From: Naegleria gruberi
Lineage: Eukaryota
Direction: 5' to 3' (one strand)
Assembly: GCA_000004985.1 (NCBI GenBank)
Contig: GG738852.1
DNA: 64,000 nt
Below the pieces are notes generated by a model. The model worked only from the letters and a program-made list of their open reading frames with translations. It made no database searches and was not told where the DNA came from. This document shows positions 32,126 to 43,000 of this stretch, piece after piece. Made by a program: the position numbers and the translations under genes. The first letter of the stretch is position 1; each line of letters opens with the position of its first letter.

Positions 32126-33448
32126 TTACAATAAATGAACAATGACAAGGAATAAAGAAATTACCAAATAAATGGATAGAGAACTATGAGAAGCATTGGA
32201 ATAGGTGAATGGAACAACTGCTGAAATTAAGTCATCTTGCAGAGTTGAATCAAAATCAAGAACTGTCCTAGTATTGTAATATGCTTCAACAATTGAAGAT
32301 GAATTGAGCACATCAGTTTTTGTAACAAATGGATTCTTTTTCTTGTTATCTTCAGTAATAAGCATCAATGAAAGTGAGCTAGCCTCTCTTGTATTAAACG
32401 TTACCAAACCAATTGAGTTTCCATACATCATGGAGAAGAAACGGAGAGTATATGCTTTGGTGGAAACACTAGCAGTAACTAAACTGGTTCCTGTCCAATA
32501 AAATCTTTGATGTTCGTTAGTTACATCACATTCAGCGAAACCAATCTCATATAACTTGTCAATTTGATTGTATTGCTCAAATCTCTTGATACAAAGTCCA
32601 AAAACCTCACTTACAACATACACACCAAATCCTGATGGGTGATTGTAAATTCTGAAATAATAATTGATATCACTAAGGATAAAATTTGAAGCATCTGTTG
32701 CACTCATATAGTACATTGTTGTGGTATTTGGAATCAAATACTGTTGACCATTCGATGACAAGTAGTTATACAGAGTGGAGGAAACATTTTGCTTTGAACA
32801 ACTCATTGCAAATTTCTCATTCACAATTGCAAATAATTGACCTGAAAATGCTTCAGGCAAATTACCTGGAATTGTAATCTTGAAGGAAGCAATACTATTC
32901 AAACTAGGCTCAACCTTTGATGATGTGTCGACTTGAATTACATTGTACCCATCCCATAGTACATAAAACACTTTCGATAATTTGTCCACAATACAAATTT
33001 CCTTCCTATAATCAATTTCAGTTTCATTTTGATAAGGAACAGTACACCACGTGGAACGGTATTGGGCAGCCATCTGCTTTTTCCTCAACTTGACTTGCAC
33101 AGTTGAATTGTCTGTAACGTTCTTTAAAAAGATATCATAGGTTCCTATTCTTCCTCCATACGAGTATGTTATATCAGACCTATTTGTAACATTCTTCTTT
33201 GTTACTCTCCTTAAAACAAGAGCTGCTGCCTCATCCACATTCAAAACCATCATCCACCCTAGTATTATTATTATCATCGCTATAAGATAGGCATTTCTTC
33301 TCGTGGAGGAATAAGATCCCTTCCTATTCTCCAATGATATTGTACATTGTTTCATGGTATTATTATTAATTGATGATGATGATGGTGCCATTATCGTTCG
33401 TAACGTTGATTCCAAAACCTTATGATCGTTATTAAGGAAAAGAGTCAT
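32126..33448 (-). CDS. Hypothetical N-glycosylated membrane protein (N-terminal signal-anchor AYLIAMIIIILGWMMVL, C-terminal hydrophobic segment), 440 aa
   Basis: ATG-initiated 440-codon ORF; many N-x-S/T sequons; no recognisable family. Confidence 0.5.
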   Translation of the reverse strand: MTLFLNNDHKVLESTLRTIMAPSSSSINNNTMKQCTISLENRKGSYSSTRRNAYLIAMIIIILGWMMVLNVDEAAALVLRRVTKKNVTNRSDITYSYGGRIGTYDIFLKNVTDNSTVQVKLRKKQMAAQYRSTWCTVPYQNETEIDYRKEICIVDKLSKVFYVLWDGYNVIQVDTSSKVEPSLNSIASFKITIPGNLPEAFSGQLFAIVNEKFAMSCSKQNVSSTLYNYLSSNGQQYLIPNTTTMYYMSATDASNFILSDINYYFRIYNHPSGFGVYVVSEVFGLCIKRFEQYNQIDKLYEIGFAECDVTNEHQRFYWTGTSLVTASVSTKAYTLRFFSMMYGNSIGLVTFNTREASSLSLMLITEDNKKKNPFVTKTDVLNSSSIVEAYYNTRTVLDFDSTLQDDLISAVVPFTYSNASHSSLSIYLVISLFLVIVHLL

Positions 33449-33644
33449 TTTTTTTGGACTTGGAACTCTTGAAATTGAACGGTTCTTCTAACATCTTGTT
33501 TGGATATAATTTCGTTAAGAAGCATAGAAGAAGGAATTGTGTTGATTTTTCACACCTGCATGAATCATATATTAATTTCAACAATTGTTTTTTTAAAAAG
33601 GGTAATGCACAATTACATTTTATATCATGTTGTTTTGTTGAAAT

Positions 33645-35204
33645 TTAGAACAACAAGAAGGAGAGGATAGTAAGGATCATCAAAACCAAAGAGTAGGTAA
33701 CAGTATTAGAACCAGAGAGAATCTTTGGCAAGATAACATTTGGAGTTGGAGTACCAGTAAATGAGAAACCATCAATATCAGCAGCAGTCCACTTGTCAGA
33801 ATTTCCATTATACAAACATCTCATCAAATTGGTATAGTATGATCCACAGGTCTTATAGAGGGAACTTTCAGTATCAAGGAATGGAGAATCAACATCAGCT
33901 CTAGACAAGGAGAGTAAGCTTGCGATTAATGGATCAGTAAGACTTGAAACAAAGTTATTGTAAACACAGAATTGGAGATCCATGAGATAACCTGGACAAT
34001 TGGTGGCAACGTTATGGAGACAGACACCAGCAGTATCAGTACCCTTATTACAAATACAATTTGGACAAGTGTTAACAGAGGTGACACCATCACAAGAAAC
34101 AGCTGGAGCAGTCTTACAGACACCTTCAGAAGGATGGCAATAACCAGAGTGACAATTGGCATCCTTTTCACATTTTTGACCATTGATGATACCATATTGA
34201 CGAACGCATCTTTGATTGGCACAAATAACCAATTCTGTTGACACTATACTTCCACCAATTGCAAAGGCCGAGTTCAAATAGCAATCCGAATCAGCTGCAC
34301 AATAATCACTCAAAGCAGCTGGTGTTTGACAGACACGAGATGCCTTTGGAGCAGATGAACGACAAGTCAAAGTGTTGGTACACTCAACAATAGCTTGACA
34401 AGTGTCACCAGATTTCTTCAAAGTAGTACAGACATTATTGAGACAGTCGCCACTCTTACATTGAGCGTGAGTATCACAATAGGATCCATCAGCCAATTTA
34501 GCAACACAAATTCCAAGAGTTGAATTACAGAACATTTGACTGTTATCTTCACAGGTATCATAAGTTCTAGTAGTATTATCAGTGGTGATACAAGATTTAC
34601 CAAGAGCAACAGTTTTTGGAGCATAACAATAACTAAAGCTAGAAAAGGTGGTACCAGTTTGAATTCTTTCAGGGAGACATCTGAGATTAGAGTCCTTCTT
34701 ACAAGTAACAGTTAAACTATCAAAGGTAACTCCACAACGTTCTCCTTGAGAGGCAGTATATAAGACATTTGTGATACACTTATTGGTATTCAAATCACAT
34801 CTACCACCAAGACATTGGTTGCCATAATCACAACTGTCGCCTGGCAATCTTGTACCATAACGAATGCAACGACCAGAAAAACATTGGGCTCTCAACTTGC
34901 TGAAATAAGAAGTTGTACCATCCATATTGGAAACATAACAATCAGCATCGGTACGACAAGCTTGTTTCTTATTGATTGGAGTGATCATATCATTGACCTT
35001 TCTACAGACGAAGGTCTTGGTTGGTGGTGTAGCAAAGTCGGTAACTTGTGTATTAACATAACCAATTGGGCAAAGATAGGTACTAGTGGTTGGAGAGAGA
35101 CCTGCTTGATCTGTACATGCCTGACCTTCAGCAAATAAAACAAGAGCTGAGAGTATTAGACCAACAATGAGCAAATAGTTGGCAAGTGATGATGGTGGAG
35201 ACAT
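33645..35204 (-). CDS. Cysteine-rich secreted protein with predicted GPI-anchor signal (signal peptide MSPPSSLANYLLIVGLILSALVLFAEG; C-terminal hydrophobic tail), about 519 aa
   Basis: ORF 33645..35390 trimmed to the ATG at 35204 that begins a canonical signal peptide. Repeated C-x-D-x-D/S-C...C-x-S-G-x-C spacing resembles Dickkopf-N / disulfide-knot type repeats. C-terminus ...SGSNTVTYSLVLMILTILSFLLF. Confidence 0.6.
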   Translation of the reverse strand: MSPPSSLANYLLIVGLILSALVLFAEGQACTDQAGLSPTTSTYLCPIGYVNTQVTDFATPPTKTFVCRKVNDMITPINKKQACRTDADCYVSNMDGTTSYFSKLRAQCFSGRCIRYGTRLPGDSCDYGNQCLGGRCDLNTNKCITNVLYTASQGERCGVTFDSLTVTCKKDSNLRCLPERIQTGTTFSSFSYCYAPKTVALGKSCITTDNTTRTYDTCEDNSQMFCNSTLGICVAKLADGSYCDTHAQCKSGDCLNNVCTTLKKSGDTCQAIVECTNTLTCRSSAPKASRVCQTPAALSDYCAADSDCYLNSAFAIGGSIVSTELVICANQRCVRQYGIINGQKCEKDANCHSGYCHPSEGVCKTAPAVSCDGVTSVNTCPNCICNKGTDTAGVCLHNVATNCPGYLMDLQFCVYNNFVSSLTDPLIASLLSLSRADVDSPFLDTESSLYKTCGSYYTNLMRCLYNGNSDKWTAADIDGFSFTGTPTPNVILPKILSGSNTVTYSLVLMILTILSFLLF

Positions 35205-35412
35205 CTTGTTGACGTTTTTTTTGAAAGATGAATGCAAACGTTCTGTGAAAAGCAACAGCCAATGTGATTCTCTTCTAGAACACGCTTGATGATGGATGAC
35301 AGTCATGAGGGTGTTGATCTGTGTGTTGGGTAAATTGGTTACCCGATCTATCAACAACATGTTTATTGTAAACAATTTTCTATCAGTCAATTGGATGAAA
35401 AGGAGAATAAAA

Positions 35413-36522
35413 TTATTCAGAAAGAATGGTGCTCTTTGAGACCAATGTGGATATTAATTGTTGAGATAGTTCTTCTCCTCTAACTGTTGAAAATTGACAT
35501 ACATAGTACGAATCAGTTTCTTGTAACTTTCCAGAGTTGAGCAAGAGTTCTGCCTTTTCTTTTGGAAGAATTGAGTGGATACATTCTTTGGCAATATTCA
35601 TTTGTTTGATTGGAAGGAGAAGACGAGTAGTGCTGGTAATGAAAACTTCCTCAAATTCCAATAAATTTGCCAAGTTAGGAGCTGTAATTTCGTATTGATC
35701 TTGATTGAGGAGAGTGTTCATATCAGTTTCCAATTTCAAATCTAGAGAATCCTCTACTGGACCAGGAATTACTGCAGCTCTAGTAGAACCAATTAAAACT
35801 CCTTCATTAGCTGTTTGTGTTTTTCCATTTGATTTGAGAATGGCAAAAAAGTTTGATGAAATTCCCTCTCTCAGAGAGCCATCTTCTTCACACATGATAA
35901 CTTCATTCGAAGTTTTAAGCTTCTTATGACCTAATTGACTTCTTTCAATTGCCCAATAAGTATCCTTGACATTTCCCCAATGAAATCTACTTCCTGGATG
36001 AACATCTACATGAATGGTTTTTGGAGTATTTGGCATTGGACACAAGTGAAGATAAATATTATATTTCGATGACGAATCTTGAATGGATTCACGATTAATA
36101 CTTTCAGGATATGAGTATCTATTTGGAAAAACAATCACCAATGTGATTTTGAATTCCAAATTTTCATCTTTGAATTGGTAGAAATCCTTCAATTTTTCAA
36201 TTCCTGCCTTGGTCATTTCTCTAATGGTTTGTGTGAATGATTCGAGTTGGAATAAGTCTTTCAATGGATAGTGACCTTCCTCCTGTGCAAACTCATCAGT
36301 ATTGGCATTCAAATTGGATTTAAAATGTTGCAACATTTTCAAAGAGGTGTAAATTAATCTATGAATATGAAAAGCAAACTCGAATACTGCCTTTCCATTG
36401 AGGGTACTTCTTGCAGTTGTGTAGGCTCCTCTCATCATTTGAAGTAGATCATGAGCTGAGTACGGAACAGATTTGCATTCTGCAATAATTCCGTTCTTGA
36501 TGAGAAGGTTCTGGCTTTCCAT
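35413..36522 (-). CDS. Class IV (fold-type IV) PLP-dependent aminotransferase-like protein (BCAT/ADCL family), about 369 aa
   Basis: Fold-type-IV-like segments ...MMRGAYTTARS..., ...EGVLIGSTRAAV..., ...EVFITSTTRLLLPIKQM.... First ATG at 36522 (the ORF track starts at an upstream TTG). Confidence 0.6.
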   Translation of the reverse strand: MESQNLLIKNGIIAECKSVPYSAHDLLQMMRGAYTTARSTLNGKAVFEFAFHIHRLIYTSLKMLQHFKSNLNANTDEFAQEEGHYPLKDLFQLESFTQTIREMTKAGIEKLKDFYQFKDENLEFKITLVIVFPNRYSYPESINRESIQDSSSKYNIYLHLCPMPNTPKTIHVDVHPGSRFHWGNVKDTYWAIERSQLGHKKLKTSNEVIMCEEDGSLREGISSNFFAILKSNGKTQTANEGVLIGSTRAAVIPGPVEDSLDLKLETDMNTLLNQDQYEITAPNLANLLEFEEVFITSTTRLLLPIKQMNIAKECIHSILPKEKAELLLNSGKLQETDSYYVCQFSTVRGEELSQQLISTLVSKSTILSE

Positions 36523-36675
36523 GATGTGTAAATGCAACTTTGCAGATTGTGGTAATTTTTTTTATGAAAGACCAAAACAAATCAAAACAACGAAAAGACA
36601 GCCGTGGTTTATTTGGTATTCTTCTTTTACAGTTGCTTTATTTCAGCTTACCAAAAGCAAAAAGGAAGCAAAATT

Positions 36676-36766
36676 TGATGAGTGTGGGATTTGAACCCAC
36701 GCCCTTGCGGAACACGGTATTAATCATACCTTAACGTGTCGTCTTAGACCACTCGACCAACTCACC
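36676..36766 (-). tRNA. tRNA-Leu (anticodon AAG), class II with long variable arm, containing an 11-nt intron 3' of anticodon-loop position 37
   Basis: The reverse complement folds as a cloverleaf. Acceptor stem GGTGAGT/ACTCATC (one G-U pair), D-stem GTC/GAC with a GAGTGGTCTAA loop, and a T-arm GTGGG-TTCAAAT-CCCAC. The anticodon stem ACACG/CGTGT is separated by 18 nt, which reads as loop TTAAGG, then the intron TATGATTAATA, then C. The variable arm is 11 nt. An AATTTT Pol III terminator lies just downstream on the minus strand. Confidence 0.75.
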
Positions 36767-36938
36767 ATCGATTACGTATAAAATTATTTTCATAATATCA
36801 TCAAGCGTTGAAAAACAAATAATTCCTTTGGGGTACTGTTTAAAATCTTGGTTCTATTGTTTTAAATTTAAATACCAAACACTAATTTATTTATTGAAAA
36901 ATCAATTATTTAATTAAATAATAAAAAATATTCTCATC

Positions 36939-37163
36939 ATGTTCTTCAAGAGTACAGGTTCAGCAGTCTTTAAGGCCACCAGAAAGGCTTGTTCATCAAT
37001 TAAAATCAACAACGGAATGAGTGCCAATCGCATGTTCTCTACATCATGTGTTGCCAACAAGACCTTCTCTCTCACCAATTCTACCACTAGTAATAACGGA
37101 GTTGTTTTCTCTGGAAGCTCTATGAAGTTTAACAACTTGTGTATTAAAGGATTAAATCAAAAT
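36939..37163 (+). CDS. Putative short exon / small ORF (MFFKSTGSAVFKATRKACSS..., presequence-like), followed by a GTATGT donor-like site at 37164; weak
   Basis: ATG with an AT-rich upstream region; ORF-track ORF 36939..37319 becomes low-complexity after 37164. No downstream plus-strand exon could be found before the next minus-strand gene. Confidence 0.2.
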
Positions 37164-37519
37164 TGGTATGTAATAATCACTCTATCAATATATTTAATAA
37201 TTATAATAGTACAATTGCCCAACAAGAACTCTTCCTTTCTCTTGATGATGATGATGCGTAATTTTCATTCAATTTTATATATAAATTCATTACTTTATTC
37301 TCTCGACCTAGATTCCTAACAATAGTTCATAATTTGATTGCATTTGAATGTACTCAAACTGTGGTGGCTAATAAAACTCTAATAATTTATTCATAATGCA
37401 TCGAGAAGATTAAATCTATATAAATCTAATATATTTGATATTAAGAATATACCCTAATGAAGAATAATTTCTTATTAGAATGTGAATAGTGTGGAAAAAT
37501 GAAAACGAAATAACATCAT

Positions 37520-38110
37520 TTATGATTTCACTTGACAGAACAAGTCCTTTCCAAATATTACCATTAAAATAATGAGGATTGCAACCAAAAGTAGTATTGG
37601 AATGATGATTGCTGCTACTATACAAAAAACTTGTCTCTTCCCACAACCAACACTTTGTTTCGCTTTTTTACACTCGTTCAATTCATTTTCGAGAGCCTTA
37701 TTCTTTTCCTTGAGTTGGATTATTTCAGATTTTAATGAACTCACAAAAGAGTCGACTTCCTTTAAAATTTCTTGTTGCTTTTCTATAAAACTGTTCCTGT
37801 ATCTGAGAGCCTGCTGCAGAGCATCAGAGGCAGTTTGTACAGTCGAGATATTTGTCATGTAGGATGGAGTTGTGCTGGAACTATTTGAAGATTTCCCCAA
37901 CAAGTAGTCACTCTCCGAAATTGTTATTGATTTATTGTCAACAACTGCAGGAAGAGGTTCCTTTCTTTGCACACCTTGTAAGGTATATTGAAAATTTGCT
38001 CTGCTCCTATTCTCATAATATATAGAGTCGTCTTCTTCCGCATCAATTTCCTCTCTCGTAGTCTTGCTTAACAAGGGTTGTTTAAGGCTCATTTTTTTAA
38101 GGAGTTGCAT
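37520..38110 (-). CDS. Tail-anchored coiled-coil membrane protein (SNARE-like topology: heptad region followed by a single C-terminal TM helix)
   Basis: ORF 37520..38203 (starts at a TTG). First ATGs are at 38110 (MQLLKK) and 38092 (MSLKQPLL). C-terminal ...CIVAAIIIPILLLVAILIILMVIFGKD TM anchor preceded by ...LKSEIIQLKEKNKALENELNECKK. Confidence 0.45.
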   Translation of the reverse strand: MQLLKKMSLKQPLLSKTTREEIDAEEDDSIYYENRSRANFQYTLQGVQRKEPLPAVVDNKSITISESDYLLGKSSNSSSTTPSYMTNISTVQTASDALQQALRYRNSFIEKQQEILKEVDSFVSSLKSEIIQLKEKNKALENELNECKKAKQSVGCGKRQVFCIVAAIIIPILLLVAILIILMVIFGKDLFCQVKS

Positions 38111-38269
38111 TTCATATTTTTCAGCGCTCAGTGAAGGTGGTCGAGTGCAATATATTGGATTGGTAGTTCTTGCTCTGAAACTATTTACGACGATATCAGT
38201 CAACTGTAATGATAATAAAATTAAATTGTTTATCTATGTACAAATATTGTCAAAATTGAAACGAGCATT

Positions 38270-38825
38270 TTAAACTGATTGAGATCCGCCTCTAGAGAAC
38301 ATACTTTCAGTACTAAATACTTTAGATAAAATAGTTTGAAGTAATCCTCTTTCAATAATAAAGTTCTTCAATTCACCACTAGTGTCAATTCTAGAACACT
38401 TGACGAATCCATAGAGTTGAATACATGTCAGAACCAATGCAAAAAGTACAACAATAATCCATTGGAAATTAAATCTAATAAAGCACACAAGTGAAAGTAA
38501 GATCCAAATTACTGGCTGAGCATAGAGTGATGTCCAGAAAATATACTTATCCAACTTGTGAATATTCTTCGAGTCGGATTTGTTTTCAAATCTCCAAACA
38601 CTTGTTCCATCGTCCTTAATGTCATTCCACCATCTAAGAGCAACAAGAATTCTTCCTGTAACGTTTTTAACTGTCCAAAAATCAAATGAAAGTAAAAGTA
38701 CAACTAGAACAAATACTAGTACAAAGTTATCAGTAAAAATCGTCAAAAACAAATAACAGAGAAGAGCAGCCACTTTAAAGAATAAATGGAAAAAGCAAAT
38801 GATTGGATGTCCACATGGGCAACCT
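38270..38825 (-). CDS. TVP23: Golgi membrane protein TVP23/FAM18 homolog (main exon); the 5' exon is uncertain
   Basis: ...GCPCGHPIICFFHLFFKVAALLCYLFLTIFTDNFVLVFVLVVLLLSFDFWTVKNVTGRILVALRWWN... matches the TVP23 core. The frame is open upstream to a TAA at 38838 with an acceptor-like TAG at 38828-38826. A tentative 11-nt first exon (ATGAACAATTT, 38913..38903; 77-nt intron) abuts the N-gap 38914-38963, so the true 5' end may lie in the gap. Confidence 0.7.
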
Positions 38826-38913
38826 CTACTCCAAAGTTATTAAATGATAGTTAATAGTAATATTAAATCAATACAAGTTTCCAAGAATTGTTGACTTTGT
38901 ACAAATTGTTCAT

Positions 38914-38963
38914 NNNNNNNNNNNNNNNNNNNNNNNNNNNNNNNNNNNNNNNNNNNNNNNNNN
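38914..38963. other. Assembly gap (50 N)
   Basis: Run of n read directly. Confidence 1.
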
Positions 38964-39268
38964 TGCATTTCAGATGATAAATGGAATGTAATTCAACAAG
39001 TAGTTTCAAATGTTTTACCACCTTGAGGTTGACTATGCAATATATTACTATGCACCATTTAAACAGTGATATCTTCATAAATGTCAAAATGACCAAATTG
39101 GTTACTATTGAAGTATCTTATTATTTAGCATGGAACTCCTTGTAATGCAATATTTTATTTTATTGGCTTATCTTGAATGGAAACCATAAAGAGTCTCATC
39201 AGCATGCTGCGAGGCTTCTCAAGGTTTCAAAGCCAATTTCAAACAATAAAAACAAGGCTTGCAAAAAA

Positions 39269-40000
39269 ATGTTCAATTCAACCAGACGTCAATTGATTCG
39301 TAGCATTAAATCTTCTTCTATTGCATCATCATCATCATCAACAACAACATCATTGAAGAGAGGATATGCTATTACTAAAATTCCATTACCTTCTCTTTCA
39401 CCAACAATGACTTCGGGTGAAATTGTCCAATGGTTGAAGAAGGAAGGTGATAAAATCTCTGTTGGTGATTCCTTGTGCGAAATCAGAACAGATAAATCAG
39501 TATTGGATTTTGAATCAACTGAAGAAGGTATTTTGGGTAAAATTATCATTCCTGGTGGAACAAAGAATATTGAAATGGGTGCAACTATTGGCTATCTTGT
39601 TGATAAATTGGATGAAATTAAGAACATTCCTACAACATCTACTCCTGTTAGTAGTACTCCTGCTAGTACTCCAACAACAACAACAACCTCTACTACACCA
39701 GCCAGTACTTCTACTACTTCATCAAGTGCTTGTAGTAATTGGAAGGATAGAATGAATCACTCTGCTCCATTGTGTCCATCTGTTCTTCGTATTTTGAATG
39801 AAAACACTTGGATTCATGTAAAGGATATTAAAGCAACTGGTAGAGGAGGTAGACTTACCAAGACTGACTTGATTAATTATATGAATAATAGATCATGCTC
39901 TTCAAACAATGCTATTGATGCTTCTCCAAGAATTACTATTAACACAACATCAACTCCACAACCAACCACAACTACTACTGCCACTCCAACTCCTCAATCC
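39269..40000 (+). CDS. Pyruvate dehydrogenase complex lipoyl protein (E2 dihydrolipoamide acetyltransferase or E3-binding protein), 5' part: presequence, lipoyl domain, Thr/Pro/Ser linker, peripheral subunit-binding domain; truncated by gap
   Basis: ATG at 39269. ...LPSLSPTMTSGEIVQWLKKEGDKISVGDSLCEIRTDKSVLDFESTEEGILGKIIIPGG... (lipoyl-Lys in the TDK motif, P-x-LSPTM signature of PDH E2/protein X). ...PSVLRILNENTWIHVKDIKATGRGGRLTKTDLINYM (PSBD/E3-binding). The frame is still open at 40000 where the N-run begins. Confidence 0.75.
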
Positions 40001-43000
40001 NNNNNNNNNNNNNNNNNNNNNNNNNNNNNNNNNNNNNNNNNNNNNNNNNNNNNNNNNNNNNNNNNNNNNNNNNNNNNNNNNNNNNNNNNNNNNNNNNNNN
40101 NNNNNNNNNNNNNNNNNNNNNNNNNNNNNNNNNNNNNNNNNNNNNNNNNNNNNNNNNNNNNNNNNNNNNNNNNNNNNNNNNNNNNNNNNNNNNNNNNNNN
40201 NNNNNNNNNNNNNNNNNNNNNNNNNNNNNNNNNNNNNNNNNNNNNNNNNNNNNNNNNNNNNNNNNNNNNNNNNNNNNNNNNNNNNNNNNNNNNNNNNNNN
40301 NNNNNNNNNNNNNNNNNNNNNNNNNNNNNNNNNNNNNNNNNNNNNNNNNNNNNNNNNNNNNNNNNNNNNNNNNNNNNNNNNNNNNNNNNNNNNNNNNNNN
40401 NNNNNNNNNNNNNNNNNNNNNNNNNNNNNNNNNNNNNNNNNNNNNNNNNNNNNNNNNNNNNNNNNNNNNNNNNNNNNNNNNNNNNNNNNNNNNNNNNNNN
40501 NNNNNNNNNNNNNNNNNNNNNNNNNNNNNNNNNNNNNNNNNNNNNNNNNNNNNNNNNNNNNNNNNNNNNNNNNNNNNNNNNNNNNNNNNNNNNNNNNNNN
40601 NNNNNNNNNNNNNNNNNNNNNNNNNNNNNNNNNNNNNNNNNNNNNNNNNNNNNNNNNNNNNNNNNNNNNNNNNNNNNNNNNNNNNNNNNNNNNNNNNNNN
40701 NNNNNNNNNNNNNNNNNNNNNNNNNNNNNNNNNNNNNNNNNNNNNNNNNNNNNNNNNNNNNNNNNNNNNNNNNNNNNNNNNNNNNNNNNNNNNNNNNNNN
40801 NNNNNNNNNNNNNNNNNNNNNNNNNNNNNNNNNNNNNNNNNNNNNNNNNNNNNNNNNNNNNNNNNNNNNNNNNNNNNNNNNNNNNNNNNNNNNNNNNNNN
40901 NNNNNNNNNNNNNNNNNNNNNNNNNNNNNNNNNNNNNNNNNNNNNNNNNNNNNNNNNNNNNNNNNNNNNNNNNNNNNNNNNNNNNNNNNNNNNNNNNNNN
41001 NNNNNNNNNNNNNNNNNNNNNNNNNNNNNNNNNNNNNNNNNNNNNNNNNNNNNNNNNNNNNNNNNNNNNNNNNNNNNNNNNNNNNNNNNNNNNNNNNNNN
41101 NNNNNNNNNNNNNNNNNNNNNNNNNNNNNNNNNNNNNNNNNNNNNNNNNNNNNNNNNNNNNNNNNNNNNNNNNNNNNNNNNNNNNNNNNNNNNNNNNNNN
41201 NNNNNNNNNNNNNNNNNNNNNNNNNNNNNNNNNNNNNNNNNNNNNNNNNNNNNNNNNNNNNNNNNNNNNNNNNNNNNNNNNNNNNNNNNNNNNNNNNNNN
41301 NNNNNNNNNNNNNNNNNNNNNNNNNNNNNNNNNNNNNNNNNNNNNNNNNNNNNNNNNNNNNNNNNNNNNNNNNNNNNNNNNNNNNNNNNNNNNNNNNNNN
41401 NNNNNNNNNNNNNNNNNNNNNNNNNNNNNNNNNNNNNNNNNNNNNNNNNNNNNNNNNNNNNNNNNNNNNNNNNNNNNNNNNNNNNNNNNNNNNNNNNNNN
41501 NNNNNNNNNNNNNNNNNNNNNNNNNNNNNNNNNNNNNNNNNNNNNNNNNNNNNNNNNNNNNNNNNNNNNNNNNNNNNNNNNNNNNNNNNNNNNNNNNNNN
41601 NNNNNNNNNNNNNNNNNNNNNNNNNNNNNNNNNNNNNNNNNNNNNNNNNNNNNNNNNNNNNNNNNNNNNNNNNNNNNNNNNNNNNNNNNNNNNNNNNNNN
41701 NNNNNNNNNNNNNNNNNNNNNNNNNNNNNNNNNNNNNNNNNNNNNNNNNNNNNNNNNNNNNNNNNNNNNNNNNNNNNNNNNNNNNNNNNNNNNNNNNNNN
41801 NNNNNNNNNNNNNNNNNNNNNNNNNNNNNNNNNNNNNNNNNNNNNNNNNNNNNNNNNNNNNNNNNNNNNNNNNNNNNNNNNNNNNNNNNNNNNNNNNNNN
41901 NNNNNNNNNNNNNNNNNNNNNNNNNNNNNNNNNNNNNNNNNNNNNNNNNNNNNNNNNNNNNNNNNNNNNNNNNNNNNNNNNNNNNNNNNNNNNNNNNNNN
42001 NNNNNNNNNNNNNNNNNNNNNNNNNNNNNNNNNNNNNNNNNNNNNNNNNNNNNNNNNNNNNNNNNNNNNNNNNNNNNNNNNNNNNNNNNNNNNNNNNNNN
42101 NNNNNNNNNNNNNNNNNNNNNNNNNNNNNNNNNNNNNNNNNNNNNNNNNNNNNNNNNNNNNNNNNNNNNNNNNNNNNNNNNNNNNNNNNNNNNNNNNNNN
42201 NNNNNNNNNNNNNNNNNNNNNNNNNNNNNNNNNNNNNNNNNNNNNNNNNNNNNNNNNNNNNNNNNNNNNNNNNNNNNNNNNNNNNNNNNNNNNNNNNNNN
42301 NNNNNNNNNNNNNNNNNNNNNNNNNNNNNNNNNNNNNNNNNNNNNNNNNNNNNNNNNNNNNNNNNNNNNNNNNNNNNNNNNNNNNNNNNNNNNNNNNNNN
42401 NNNNNNNNNNNNNNNNNNNNNNNNNNNNNNNNNNNNNNNNNNNNNNNNNNNNNNNNNNNNNNNNNNNNNNNNNNNNNNNNNNNNNNNNNNNNNNNNNNNN
42501 NNNNNNNNNNNNNNNNNNNNNNNNNNNNNNNNNNNNNNNNNNNNNNNNNNNNNNNNNNNNNNNNNNNNNNNNNNNNNNNNNNNNNNNNNNNNNNNNNNNN
42601 NNNNNNNNNNNNNNNNNNNNNNNNNNNNNNNNNNNNNNNNNNNNNNNNNNNNNNNNNNNNNNNNNNNNNNNNNNNNNNNNNNNNNNNNNNNNNNNNNNNN
42701 NNNNNNNNNNNNNNNNNNNNNNNNNNNNNNNNNNNNNNNNNNNNNNNNNNNNNNNNNNNNNNNNNNNNNNNNNNNNNNNNNNNNNNNNNNNNNNNNNNNN
42801 NNNNNNNNNNNNNNNNNNNNNNNNNNNNNNNNNNNNNNNNNNNNNNNNNNNNNNNNNNNNNNNNNNNNNNNNNNNNNNNNNNNNNNNNNNNNNNNNNNNN
42901 NNNNNNNNNNNNNNNNNNNNNNNNNNNNNNNNNNNNNNNNNNNNNNNNNNNNNNNNNNNNNNNNNNNNNNNNNNNNNNNNNNNNNNNNNNNNNNNNNNNN

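Noticed and set aside
33645-35390. N-terminal 62-residue extension of the Cys-rich protein ORF (MTDRKLFTINMLL...)
   Set aside because: It begins at a non-ATG start and would leave only 22 bp to the neighbouring gene. The internal ATG at 35204 begins a textbook signal peptide.
36473-36734. ORFs 36473..36694 and 36540..36734 (plus)
   Set aside because: They overlap the aminotransferase start region and the tRNA-Leu gene. AT-rich spacer translation, no motifs.
38863-39096. 77-aa minus-strand ORF spanning the 50-N gap (translated with X residues)
   Set aside because: It runs through unknown sequence, has hydrophobic low-complexity composition and no supporting motif. Only its last 17 codons (MNNLYKVNNSWKLVLI) are real sequence, and part of that is used instead in the tentative TVP23 first-exon model.
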